Source of the DNA: Amoebidium appalachense
Taxonomy: Eukaryota; Protista; Ichthyosporea
Assembly: GCA_963693365.1 (NCBI GenBank)
Contig: CAVNZM010000013.1
Location: 4,693,814 to 4,757,813 of the forward strand
Reading direction: 5' to 3'
DNA length: 64,000 nt
Shown here piece after piece: positions 1-13,098 of this stretch (position 1 is the first letter of the stretch; each line of letters begins with the position of its first letter). Made by a program: the position numbers and the translations under genes. The notes under the pieces are model-generated. The model searched no databases, had not been told where the DNA came from, and saw only the letters and a list, made by a program, of their open reading frames with translations.

Positions 1-2
1 GA

Positions 3-1004
3 ACCGTAAACCGGGTTCCACCCACTGTGAAAACGGCGGCAGCGGGCCCAACCATTATTGCGGCACCCAAAAAGCCGTTGAAGGATGTGAAAAATGGAAT
101 TGTGGGGGTGAGCCAAAAGAACGGAATCGAGGTAAAAAGAAAGAGCAGTATGGAAGAGACGGAAAAATCAGAGAAAATACGGGAAAAGAAATCTGAAAAG
201 CCCAAGGTGGAGGACAGCGCCCACAAGAAGTGGATAGTTGAAAAGGAGGACTCGGATGACGACGCCGGGAAACCGAATAGGGAATCCGGGAAATCGGAAG
301 TTTCATCGGTGAAAAAATCGAAAAAGCGAGACAGGTTGGGGGGTTTTCGAGTGGTCGAGGACGATGAAGACGTGGGCATGGCCGTGGATTCCTCGGTGGC
401 TGCAAAGATAAGGGAGGAAACGAGGGAGGATGAGACTGGAGAGAGGAAAAAGAAGAAGAAGAAGAAGAAGAAGGCAAAGACAGAAACGGAGGATGAAGAC
501 ACTAAAGAGGGACCAAGGGAAGATGCTACGGAAGAACTTGAAAACAAGGAGGAAAAGAAGGAAAAGAGGAAAGAACATGTAAATGAGGAAGCGAATGAGA
601 ATGGGGTTGGTGAGGAGGAGAGAACGGAAAAGAAGAAAAAGAAGAAGAAAGAAAAATCAGAAACACCAGAGAAAGCAGAGGAAATACGAAAGCGGAAGAC
701 GGAAGACGAAGAAGAACGGATACCCAAGAAGTCGAAAATGCGGGAAAACGGAAACGAAAACCAGAAACCGGAACGGCTATTCGACTCCGATTGGCACAGC
801 CAGGAGACGTGGAAAGTGGAAAGAGTTAAGAAGATATCCGCGTCAAAGGCGAATTTCGGGGGGGTCCTTACGGCGGGACAGGGGGACACCCAGAAGCTGG
901 GAGAAAATGGTGTGTTTGTTTGCCCCCATCCCTCCCCCCCCCCCCCCCCCATCCCCCTCCGTCGCCCAGGCGTGCACGTGAACGCACACACACACACACA
1001 CACA

Positions 1005-1061
<57 letters not shown>

Positions 1062-1584
1062 CGCAAGAGAGAGACAGACAGACACACAGACGCCACCACC
1101 TTTTCCCCCGGCCCCTGCTTGACTTTTACCCTATTCTACCTCCAGTTTTGTTCGTGCCCATTGTGAAGTGTTGTGTGTGGTATCTGGGTAAGTGTCTATT
1201 GCCATCTTTTCCTGTCCCCTTTCAGTGGCACGATAGTATCCCCCCCCCCCCCAACCCCCTCCCCCCTCCCCCTGCCCTTTGGGTCTGTCATGAAGACGTC
1301 AGGTGAAGTCTCTCATTCAATCTCACCCCCCCCCCCCCCCCCTTGCTTGCTCTATTTTCTCTATTTTTGCTTTCTACTTGTCACCCGGAGTGTTTTCGGG
1401 CCCTTTTTGACTCATGCACACATACACAACCATGCACTAACACATACACACACGTACACACACACAGACAACACATACACACGTACACACGTACACACAT
1501 ATGCGTCCACACACACGTAACGCATACACGCACACACACACACACACGTAGACAAGTACACACTTACACACGTGCATACACATA

Positions 1585-1615
<31 letters not shown>

Positions 1616-1621
1616 CACACA

Positions 1622-1692
<71 letters not shown>

Positions 1693-1937
1693 ACACGTAC
1701 ACGTACACGTACACGTACATACACGTACATACACGTACAGTCAAGACGTGGGACGGTGAGCAGAACATGATCGACTCCGTAGCCGTGGAGTCTAGAATCT
1801 TCCAAAGGCGGCACAAGGACGATGTGGAGATCGATAAGGGTCGGGTCAAGAAGGTCAAGACGAAGAAGGAGGAGAGGAAACCGCGCTTTAACGTGTTCCA
1901 GATGGCTGCAGAGAAGAAGAGAAAGGTGTGTGATTAA
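3..1937 (+). CDS. 3' part of a USP36/USP42-like ubiquitin-specific protease (Lys/Glu-rich C-terminal region); exons <3-909 and 1741-1937
   Basis: The frame is open from the window start. The GT-AG intron 910-1740 (phase 1) joins to give LGENVKTWDGEQNMIDSVAVESRIFQRRHKDDVEIDKGRVKKVKTKKEERKPRFNVFQ, resembling the remembered USP36/42 C-terminus (VLTWDG...DEEFDRGKEKKIK...NAFQ). Stop is TAA at 1935-1937. The catalytic domain is outside the window. Confidence 0.7.
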
Positions 1938-1980
1938 AGAAACGCTTGTGCACTATTCCTTTGTCTGTTTTTACTAATAG

Positions 1981-2325
1981 TAAAGAAGAAAGACAGGAAT
2001 TTGCGCTTTCCCGTGTTCCAGATGGAAAAAGAAATTTACTTGTATACTGTTCCCTTGTCTGTTTTCCTGAAACCGTGCTGAATCTTGTCCTTGCCTACTC
2101 TTCCATACAATTCCAGACCAGAAGAGAAGATTGTGTGCTTTAAGAACCACCTATATTCCTGATTTTTTTTGTGGTTGCCTTTGTGTGTTTGTGTGTGTGT
2201 GTTTTTTTTTCTTTCACCGTGTTTGCTTCCTGCCCTTCTCTGCATCATTCCAGATAAGAAATGAAATGTGTTCTTAAAGAAACACTGTTACATGCAAAGG
2301 TGCCGCTATTTCTGTTTTTCCTCAC
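1981..2325 (+). repeat. Three degenerate tandem copies of the last-exon/stop-codon region of the USP36-like gene
   Basis: gcgctttaacgtgttccagatgg (coding) recurs as gcgctttcccgtgttccagatgg (~2003). ttccaga...gtgtg..ttaagaa recurs at ~2111 and ~2248. Confidence 0.7.
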
Positions 2326-3589
2326 TGTGGTGGCGTCTTACTCCTTCCCCTAGGCTGCTGCTCCTACATTTTTAGCTCGAAAATGGGTTGTATGGGGACG
2401 GGGGGGGGGGGGGGGGGGGGGTGAGGCTGTGGTGTGTGTGTGTGTGTTTGGCGGAAAGGGGGGGGGGGGGGGGGGGGGAGGGGGTAGACACAAGGGCCAC
2501 AAGGAAACATACAACACTAACCTCCTCCTTTTTCCCGTCAGGGACAACCACAAAATTCCAACCGGTCGTACTCTCCCCCACCCCAGGTGTAAGGCACCCA
2601 TGGGGATGGGAGGAACCCGCAAGGAGAAAATAGTTACTTTTTGGCTTGGTTTTTTCCTGAAGTTCTGCATGAATCGAAACCTTTGTTTTCTTGCTTTCGG
2701 GAATTGTGCCACATGGTCTGCTGCTTTGTGGAATAGGTGGGTGGGAGGGTGTGTGTGTGTGTGTGGGTTGGGGGGGGGGGGGGGGGGGGGGGGTTAGGCA
2801 TCCTTGGTGCAGGGATTCTGATGCATTATGTATGAAAGTGCTTGAAAATCTCCGATCCAAAGAGTAATGAATGTGACACTTAATAATAGTCTGGCAAGAG
2901 GTGATGGTGTGTGTATTGACAAAAACAAAGGTATATTGTTTTCATTTTCTTTGGCTGGTTTTTTGGTTTTTGTGGTTTCCGAAAAACGCCTCTCGGAGAG
3001 AGGGGGGGAAGGGGGGGGGGGGGGGGGGGGGGATGATGGGGATTCTGCCCAGTTGATCTTGAGGACTTCCTACTTTTTGTTTTTTTTTCCTTTTCTTTCT
3101 TTTTTTCTTTTTTTTTTCTCCCGCCTTTCTTCAGAGACGTGTTCCACAAGTTAATTATCTAAAAGATTGAATTGGTTCGGCTTTATGTGACACACTGGGC
3201 TATTAGAGTAGATTATTCATTCTTGACCTAGTCATTTGCTAAGTATTGGAAAACTGAAAGGGGTTTCCATAGGTTTGTGTACTAAGCTGTTGTTAGTACG
3301 AAGCTTCCCTTACGTAACGTTTTTGTATAGTTCGAATGTGTTTGCGAGTGAGATTGGTGTTGGTTGTACTGTAGCTGATTTATTAATAACCTAATTATTT
3401 TTGTTTTTATTTTTTGGTTGGCACCATATTTGGATAGTGAAACAACGTCAAACCGCTGTGCTGTGATTTATCGACTCAGCTCAGTGTATTCAGTCACCCG
3501 ATAATAAAGATGGTTGATTGTCAAGGTCGGTCAGTCCTGTTATGGCGTGTGTGCAGAGTGTGTGTGTCTGTGTGCGTGTGTGTGTGTGT

Positions 3590-3622
<33 letters not shown>

Positions 3623-4077
3623 TGTGTGTGTGCGTGTGTGTGCCGCATAACCCTGCGCGTGTGTGTGTGTCATGTGTCTGTGGTATATTGGAATGCACCA
3701 ATCAAATGCATGTCCATCCTCACTGCGATTGGGCTACATGTCACATGCGTTCAAGCATAGCACCATTTAATACGGTACCATCAAAGGTTGTCGGGGGATT
3801 GGGGACACTGGGTGTTCCGTGGACATAGTATCCGTGTGCTGAACCTTAACATCAGCGTCAAGTTAAGGTCACCGCCGTCTATGTGTATTTCGGCATATCT
3901 CCAAATTGATTTCCGTATATGGCACCATTTCAAAAATTTCAAAGGCGCACCATATTTCGGCTATGATGTATATATTTGACTTGAAAGTAGCAAAGTGAAT
4001 ATATCAAAAAGCTGAAGCAAACGTACCACTGGGCCCCACTCCCCCCTCCCCACCCCCAAAGGCTCCCTCCCTAGGCC

Positions 4078-4113
<36 letters not shown>

Positions 4114-4977
4114 GACTTCTGCCCTGCATGCAAGTCGCCTTCTCTTTCCGGCTTTCCTTGTTTCGAAATTTTCCCCACTCCTGCGCTTCCGGCCTTCACA
4201 AATCATCGAGAACTGGTCACACAAAATGACACCGGGTCAGTGACACGAGTCAACCATATGATCATATCATGACCGCCGGAATCTTCGTACTAGTACTGCA
4301 GGAGAATTGATCCAACCCCCCCCCCCCCCCCCCCCCCCTCCCCCTCCCCCCCCTGCCCCCCCGCCCCTTCCCACCCTTCCCTCCCACTACCCATCCCCCT
4401 CCCTACGGCCCACCCATCCACGGCCACCCCATGGCCATGGCCAATCCATCTCCCTACCTTGTTCCCTAGGCTATTCTAGTATATATCTCTCCTCTCCGTG
4501 ACTTCCCCCTCCCGGCCCCCCCCCCCTCCCTCCCTCCCTCCCTCCTCCTCCCCTCCCCCCCTCCCGGAGTCCCCCCTCCCCCCTTCCTCGTCGGCCCCCC
4601 CCCCCTCCCCCCCCCCCCCCCCTCCCCCCCCGAAGCCCTTCCTTCAACCCCCTCCTTTTCCAGAATTCCGGGACCCGGGCGATCAAAACCTTCCGCCTGT
4701 CCAGGTTTTCTCTCTGTCAGTGACCGACATAGATTGCCCGGACACCACTAAAGGGCCATCTTACTGGCATTCCTCCGCACAAAGTTTACTAATAGTATTT
4801 TTTAATAGTCGCTCGCCGACGGGCGACACTTCTCGATCGCTGCCCTTGAGCTCCCAACTGCCATAAGACCCCCCCCCCCCCCCCCCCTCCCCCCCTCCCC
4901 CCACCACCACCACCCCCCCTCTCCCCCCTTCCCCGGCCGTGGACCCACCCACCCGGGCCCCCAACCCGCATTCACGG

Positions 4978-5008
<31 letters not shown>

Positions 5009-5109
5009 TCGAGTCCCTTCTCTCTGCCCCTCCCCCCCCTCCCCACACACACACCACCACCACCACCACCACCACTTTCCCCCTCCCGACCCCGGTCCCT
5101 CCTCGAGGA

Positions 5110-5146
<37 letters not shown>

Positions 5147-5774
5147 TTTACCTCTCAAAAGAAAAAAACCATGAAAAGCAAAGACGAAAGAAGTCTCAAA
5201 GTTTTAAATAAAAAAGAACAATAAGCAAAAGAAACCTATAAACTTCAAGTCAGTAGGCCATGGATGTCATTCCTTTGCAATATTGGCCTGAGCCCAGGGC
5301 CTGGCAGGGCCACCCGTTCAGCTCGTCAATGATAGCGAGATTTCCTGCACTCGTGAGCCAGACTGACGTCTGCCACTGTAACTAGCGAAAAAGTAACGTA
5401 ACTTGTTTGCTTCTGACACCTGGGGTCACCCTATGGGTTGGTTCTTTGGAATGGTCACTAAAATGGTGTGTGTGAGGCTGTCAGTGTGTGTGTGCGGGGG
5501 ACTGGGGGGGGGGGGGGGGGGGGGAGGGTGGTGGTGGTGGTGGGGGGGGGGGGGGGGGGGGGGGGGGGAGGGGGGCGGAGGGAGAAGCGAGGCGGAGCGG
5601 GGGGGAGGGGGGGGGGGGGGGAGGGGGAGGGAGGGGGGGGGAGGCGGGGAATGTATTTTTTGCCCCGTGTGTGTGTGTCGCGTGACTCGCCGCATGTGTG
5701 TGTGTGTGTGCCACGGTGTGCCCGCGCGTGTGTGTATGTTTGTGTGTGTGTGTTGTGTTTTGTATGTGTGTGTG

Positions 5775-5859
<85 letters not shown>

Positions 5860-6176
5860 GTGCGTGTGTGTGTGTGTGTGCCTGCGCGCCCTGGGGCGGG
5901 ACGGGAATTTGGGGGGGGGGGGAGGGGGGAGGGGGGGGGGGGGAGTGGATGTTGTGTATGTACGTGTGTGTGTGTGTGCACGTGTGTGTGCGTGTGTGTG
6001 TATGGCATGTGTGCGTATGTGTATGGCATGTGTGTGTGCGTGAATGCAAGTGTGTTGTGTGTATCCGATGCGGGGGGGGAGAGGGGGGAGGGGGGGAAAA
6101 GGAGGGGATGGGGGAGACTCTCATGTTGCGCGTACACACATGTGTGCGTGCTGTGCGTGAGTGCGTGCGTGCGTGC

Positions 6177-6252
<76 letters not shown>

Positions 6253-6309
6253 GTGCGCGTGTGTGTGCGCGTGTGTGCGCGTGTGTGTGCGCGTGTGTGC
6301 GCGTGTGTG

Positions 6310-6312
6310 CTT

Positions 6313-6343
<31 letters not shown>

Positions 6344-6651
6344 GGGGGGGGAATGCTCACGGGTGTGTGTGGGGGGAATATTGCATCTAGTAAAATGTGG
6401 GTGTATGGGTGTGTGTGTGTGCGCACGTGTATACATGACACGTGTGTGTGTGTATGGATGTGTGTTGTGTGTATGTGGGGTGCCCGGGGGGTGAGGGAGG
6501 GGAAGGGAGGGTAGTGGGGAACTTCAAGGAAGGGGCTTGGGGGGAGGGGGGGGGGGGGGGGGGGGAGGGAGGGGGGAGGGGAGGGAGAAGTCTTGTTGTG
6601 TGCCACAGTGTGCGTGTTTGTGTGTGTGTGTGTGTGTGTTTGTGCCCCATC

Positions 6652-6723
<72 letters not shown>

Positions 6724-9538
6724 TCTGTGTGTGTGTGTGCTTGTGTGTGCTTGTGTGTGTGTGTGGGGGGGGGGGGGGGGGGGGATGCTCACGGGTGTGT
6801 GTGGGGGGAATATTGCATCTAGTAAATGTGGGTGTATGGGTGTGTGTGTGTGCGCACCCATGCCCACAACACCGACTGGGTAGTGGCCTTTTGGCCATCA
6901 ACCATGTCAAAACTCTCTCTCCCTCCTAACCTCTCTAGGTCATCTGACCACTCTCCTATCCTTTTCCTACCTAAGATCTCCCTTGATCTGCTCCCCCCTC
7001 CTCCTCCCACCTTTCGCCTCCGTCTATCCCAGCTTAAGTCACAGTGGGGTAGAGTTGATGTATGTGTATGCTATGCAACGAAACACCCTATATATATGCG
7101 CCTATTAGAATCTGCACAAGCCAGACCAGATTCACATCTCGTACTAGATACATGCACTAACTTTATTGTTGATGATTTAATAGATCTCGGTGATTATGCT
7201 GGTGGTGGTAGGAAGGAATATCCCGATGCTCTCTTGTTACCAAACACCACTCCCGCTAGACTAGGTGAACCCCTGTCTCAAAAGGAAAGCTTGCGCCGGC
7301 TTGCTAGTATGAATCGATTTGGCCCCCCTGCTCGTATTATTGGTGATACCACTGGAGACCCCCTCATAGACTCTGATAAGTATTTCTCGGAACTGTTTAA
7401 AGATAGGACCCCCGCTCAGAAACCTATTGTGTGGCCTGTAGACCCATCTATCCCCATAGAATCGATCCTCCCCTTTTTCAGTCCCGATACCATATGGTCT
7501 GTATATCTAGTTATAGCTCTAGTAAGTCTTGTGGACCTGATGGACTCCCTGCTGGGTTTCTTAAAATCCTTGTTCCCTCCTACCCACAAAAGGAAAGTGA
7601 TCGTGCTATTAAACCTGATCTTACTATCATGTTAAGCTCTCTCTTTTCTTGGTGTGTTAAATGTGGACATGTCCCGTCATCTTGGTTAGATACCTTAGTG
7701 ATCCCCATAGTTAAGAAGGACTCTGAGGGCCCCATATCATCCTTTCGCCCCATCACACTAACCCAGGTTGTTCGTAGATTCTTTGAAGCTTGCTTACTTA
7801 GGTTATTTGCACATCACCCTAGGTTTCAATCTATTCTTCACATACACCCATGCCAATCCGCTTTTCGTAAAAACAATTCATGTTATGTTCAAATAATGGC
7901 ACTGCACGATTCTATGCAAGTAGGTGCACGATATGTTGGCTTTATTGATTGGAAAACTGCTTACGATTCTGTCTCCCCTGGTCTCCTATGGGAAAAGCTT
8001 GCTGCACGGGGTGTACCACACTGCATTGGTGTTCTGTTAGAAGCACTCTTGTCTCAAACCTATGGTAGAGCTGTGGTTAATGGGCATCTTTCATATGGTT
8101 TTGCTCGTACTAGAGGTCTCTTGCAGGGTTCATTGCTTAGCCCCTTTTTGTTTAAACTATTTCAAGTTATAGATGATTTGGCTGTCAAAAATTAATCCCG
8201 AAAACGATGACCCTATTAATAACTTTCCGCATGCACTTCTCTATGCTGATGATCTGTCCCTCCTTGCCCGTACCCCTAGACGCCTGCAAAGATTGTTCGA
8301 TGTAGTGTCAGAGTGGTGCAAGGCAAACCTTATGATCCTTAACATAGACAAATGTGGTGTTCTTGTACCGGCTGATATAGCTAACAATATACACACATTT
8401 ACATTATCATCTAAACCTGAGGCTATAGTTCCAGAATACAAATATCTTGGTGTTCCGGTTAATTCTGTTGGTGTTATATTTTCCCATATGGTCGAAAAGA
8501 GGGTAGAGTTGGCTCGCAAGCGGTTAGCTTTCTTCTCGGCTAATATGTTTAAAGGCACACCCCTCCATCCTTCTATTAGACTTACATTTATTCGCACTTT
8601 TGTCTTCCCGGCATGTGAATATGGTTTACCCCTTCTCGCCGCTTGGATCAAGAAAGAGATTCTGAACTAGAGCGCTTAAACCCTTGGCAAATTTCCTTGA
8701 AGCAGAAGTTGCCTCCTTTCTATCTAACAACTGTTGTAAACCTGGGCCTGTAACGCTCTCGATATATGGTCTGGTCCCAATAGCTGCTAGAGTATCCTAT
8801 CCCGCGCTGAAATTCAGTAAGCACATAAGCCGCTTAAAGAAGTATTTGCCCTCCCACCCTCTCTTCTCTATCCGACCTGTCCCCTCCTCACCTCTCCCCT
8901 CTTTCCTTCCCTCTCTCTCCCCTTCTCCCCTGGGCACAAATACAAATAAACCCCGCAGGAGTGTGTGTGTGACTTTGGACTGCCACTTACTTATTAAACA
9001 TGTACACAATCACAAGATAATCACGCAATATAACAAATGGAAAAAGATACCACACGACACTAGACCCGATGAAAGCATACACCTTAAAAAACTAAGCCTT
9101 ATGTCTCGTTTTATATTACTGACCGCCTCAACCATATTGCCAAATATGGCACTCGCAAATGTCTAACACCTAAATACATATTACCTTCCTATAGAACTGG
9201 TCCTTCTCTAGCTGATGGTATTATTGATCAATTACCACGCTTTTACTGTACACGTGCTATACAGTGGAGATCTAATAAGTATAAAGTGGCATCATTTGCA
9301 TGCCCAAACAACACACACACACACACCAGTTTAACCGGTCATGTATCGCCAAATGTAGTTTGATAGACCACATAATACCGCAATACATACACGTCACATT
9401 CACAACAGACACCCAGAAAGATAGCCTACCTGTAAATTACAACATCCTTGATTTTATACTAAACACGCGTAACTACGACCTGTTTATTAGATGTATTGAT
9501 TGGCTTGAGAAACACATCACTACAAAATTAGCGGCGCA

Positions 9539-9607
<69 letters not shown>

Positions 9608-9638
9608 CCAGCTGATACCGAGTGTCCCAGGGGAGCCC

Positions 9639-9675
<37 letters not shown>

Positions 9676-10108
9676 GGGGAACCTAACTAATTGATTTCTC
9701 TTTGTAGTCTTTATGGTGTCTCGTAGAGAAAGTAAACCCTGATATATAGTCATCACCCGACATCTATGTACGTGATCATGATATACCGCTGAGGGGATAT
9801 TCCGAGCAAAAACCCCCCCATACCTGAGACTGGTTTCTCTTTGCCTCGAGTAAACAGCATAAACCCCCGTGTATACATGACACGTGTGTGTGTGTATGGA
9901 TGTGTGTTGTGTGTATGTGGGGTGCCCGGGGGTTGAGGGAGGGGGAGGGAGGGCAGTGGGGAACTTCAAGGAAGGGGCTCGGGGGGGGGGGGGGGGGGGG
10001 GGGGGGGAGGGGAGGGGGGGGAGGGGAGGGAGAAGTCTTGTTGTGTGCCAGAGTGTGCGTGTTTGTGTGTGTGTGTGTGTGTGTTTGTGCCCCATCGGTG
10101 TGTGTGTG

Positions 10109-10152
<44 letters not shown>

Positions 10153-10171
10153 CGCGCGGGTGTGTGCTTGT

Positions 10172-10202
<31 letters not shown>

Positions 10203-10519
10203 GGGGGGGGCATGCTCACTGGTGTGTGTGTGTGGGGGATATTGCATCATAAAATGTGGGTGGATGGGTGTGTGCGTGCGCGCACGTGTATGCATGACAC
10301 GTGTGTGTGTGTGTGTGTGTATGTATGTGTGTTGTGTGTTGTGTGTATAAGATTGTGTATGTGGGGGACCCGGGGGTTGAGGGAGCGGGAGGGGAGGGCA
10401 GTGGGGAAGGAAGGGGTTCGGGGGGGGGGGGGGGGGGGGGGGGAAGGGGGGGAGGGGAGGGAGGAGTCTTGTGTGCCGCATTAGCGTGTTTGTGTGTGTG
10501 TGTGGGTGTGTGCCCCATC

Positions 10520-10581
<62 letters not shown>

Positions 10582-10700
10582 CGCGCGTGTGTGCGTGCAC
10601 GAAGTTGTGTGCAGGGGGGGAGGGGGGGGGGGGGATGAGTCGAGATATTTGCATGTTCTGTGGGCGTGTGGGTGCGTGGGTGTGTGTGTGTGCATGACAG
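6310..10700. repeat. Composite ~430-bp tandem repeat (GT microsatellite + G-runs + unique spacers), about 3 units, interrupted by LINE-A copy 1
   Basis: Spacers atgctcacgggtgtgt, tattgcatc, catgacacgtgtg, gggaacttcaaggaaggggct and gccccatcggtg recur at 6350-6660, 6785-6856/9868-10100 and 10210-10525. Confidence 0.85.
6857..9867 (+). mobile_element. Non-LTR retrotransposon family A, copy 1 (5'-truncated, several frameshifts)
   Basis: ORF pieces 6826-7635, 7431-8195, 8173-8670, 8684-9166 and 9300-9686 carry APE C-terminal SDH, KSCGPDGLP, FRPITL, FIDWKTAYDSV, QGSLLSP, YADD and YKYLG. It is near-identical to 14556-17466. It is inserted into a tandem-repeat unit at gcgca|cgtgtatac with essentially no TSD. 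Confidence 0.95.
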
Positions 10701-11499
10701 TCATACGTGCGTGTGTGAATATATGTGCGTGTGTGTTGTGTGCGCCGAGGAATGGGGGGAAAGGGGGGATGGGGGGAGAGTAGGGGGGGAGCCGCGTTGT
10801 GTCCATGGGTTTTGCGTGTAGATGACTGTGCCTGTGTGTGTGTGTCACTGGAAAGAGTGTGTGTGACACCGTGTGTGCGTGTCTGTTTGTGTGTATATAT
10901 ACATGTGTCTAGTTGTGTTTGTGCATATATGTGGTGTTTGTTGATCACGGGGGTAAAAAAGGGGCATTTGTTTAGAGTCACACACATGCAATTATCAGTT
11001 TGCATTCAATGCTTATACTTATTGTAGGTAAAACATGGCCAAGTTTGTAAGATTCTAGATCGGCCCTAATTTAAAGTCGCGAAAAGTGTGTTTTGGGGCC
11101 CATTAATTAATATTGGTGGCACGAGACAAAGTATCTAACCAACCAATCAAATGCAAAGTACTGACACAGGCGGTGTAACTTTGGCTTCATTCATTATTTT
11201 ACTTTTAATTCATGCCGACCACGGCACGTTAATCACCGGATCTAGCCAGTTCAGTGTTCGAATGTTCATCACTTCGTGAATATATCACGAGCGAACTCGT
11301 ATCATATCTACACATATATACATCTGGAGATTCTCTGAGTCAGCCAGACTAGTCTATACATCGAGACTCAACTATATCTCTTCTACATCGTATCTCCTAT
11401 GGCTGGTGACTATACATAAGACATCTTTAAATGTTCGAAGTTCAGTCTTTCGAGTGACTGGCAAATTAGCTAATAATAAGTTGGCGCTTTGCGCTTTGA

Positions 11500-12467
11500 C
11501 TAGCCAATGTACCATGCATCTACAGTTACAAAAACTTGAACATTGCTCCCTACTCCCGCATTCGGTCTCGTACCAACCATATCACTAGTCAACGCGTGCG
11601 TTATACACAGCCTCTGTGTGGCGTAGTCGAAACTCGACGTTTGAATCGTAGAAGCAAAATTTGCTCCTCCCTGGCTCGCCGCGGTTGTGGATAAATACGA
11701 AACAGCAGCACCCCCAGCAGGTTTAACCCCCTGTACATCCGTGCACAAATACAAAGTACCGTTATGAACTTGCGCTTTTCTCTCCAAGACAACTTCCACG
11801 GTTACAGTGTCCAGTTCGGACGCCTGGGGTGGCGGCGGCGGTGGAGGAGGTGGGCACGACAGTAAAACACCCGAGGTTTTGATGGTTATCGAGGGGGATA
11901 TGTACACAAGGACCTTGGTAGGATCACACGTGGCACGTGTTACGCCCGTACCGCATGAGAGTGTCAGATTGTTGACTGTAAGCACTGAGTTCAGACTGCA
12001 CGCCGAATTGTGGTTGATTGAAATGGTCGCCGTTTGCATACAGTACCCGTTTTGAAACGTCGCGTTTGCGGAAGTACCGCATGCCGGGGAGACTGAAAGA
12101 AGGGTCGCCGCCCCCGGAGAAAGAGAAGTATTGGTGAGGTTGATGGCAGTGGAATATGCGACACTGCTAAGCGGATAGGGGACCATGAAGGTAACGTGCG
12201 CCACCGTGGTTGTAACGGTACTTTGCAGTGACGTGAGGATGGTGGTAACTCCTGCACCACCCGCAACGGGGATGGTGAACGTAACAGGAATGGCAGCAGA
12301 GGTCCCGTTGACAACTTGGGCGACGCCGTTGCTTGCCGTCAGCTGCGAAGGAACGAAACATGGATAAGTATTCGGTTATTTGATTGCATTTTTGTTTGTA
12401 TGCCAAGGAAAAGGCTTCTAGTACGGGGAACCTTTGACACACTCACTCATTCAGTCCCATCCCCCCC

Positions 12468-12498
<31 letters not shown>

Positions 12499-12538
12499 AA
12501 AAAAAAAAAAGACGACGCACCTATGAGGCGCGCGCACG

Positions 12539-12620
<82 letters not shown>

Positions 12621-13098
12621 TGGCATGCAGAATGAAGGTGTCACACACCTGATTTTGTTTGTATGCCAAGGAAAAGGCTTCTAGTACGGGGAACTTTGAC
12701 ACACTCACTCAATCAGTCCCATCCCCCCCCCCCCCCCCCCCAAAAAAAAAAAAAACGCACCTATGAGGCACACACACACACACACACACACACCCACACC
12801 CACACACACACACACACACACGGCATGCATGCAGAATGAAGGTGTCACACACCTGCTCGTAGTCAAGGTACGCACTGCCTGTATAGTCGTACGACAGCTG
12901 ACCCTTTACGGATGACAGAGATGTTGCGAGCTCGCAAGCCGATGCCACGGTCCCCATTGCAAAAGTAGTGTCCACGTATGTGTGGCATGTCGGGCTGCCA
13001 GCTGCTAATAGCGATAAGGACGTGCTTGAAAAGGTCCCGATGTATGATACGTACGGCACTCTTTTCTGATTGACGTCGGCAATGATGACTCGATGATC
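11500..13098 (-). CDS. Unknown Ser/Thr/Cys-rich, probably extracellular protein (last two exons 13098-12853 and 12342-11500); 5' end unresolved, possibly a pseudogene
   Basis: Non-repetitive ORFs are joined in phase 0 by GT-AG intron 12852-12343 (...LDYEQ|LTASNGVAQ...). The poly-Pro linker uses mixed codons, there are several N-x-S/T sequons, and the stop is TAG at 11500-11502. Confidence 0.6.
12385..12852 (-). repeat. Intronic tandem duplication (two units) that duplicates the donor site
   Basis: ttttgtttgtatgccaaggaaaaggcttctagtacgggga...cagtcccatccc and gcagaatgaaggtgtcacacacctg each occur twice. Confidence 0.9.

Noticed and set aside
5250-5380. Similarity to 13500-13615 (possible old MITE)
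   Set aside because: Only short patchy matches are visible by eye, with no TIR or TSD.
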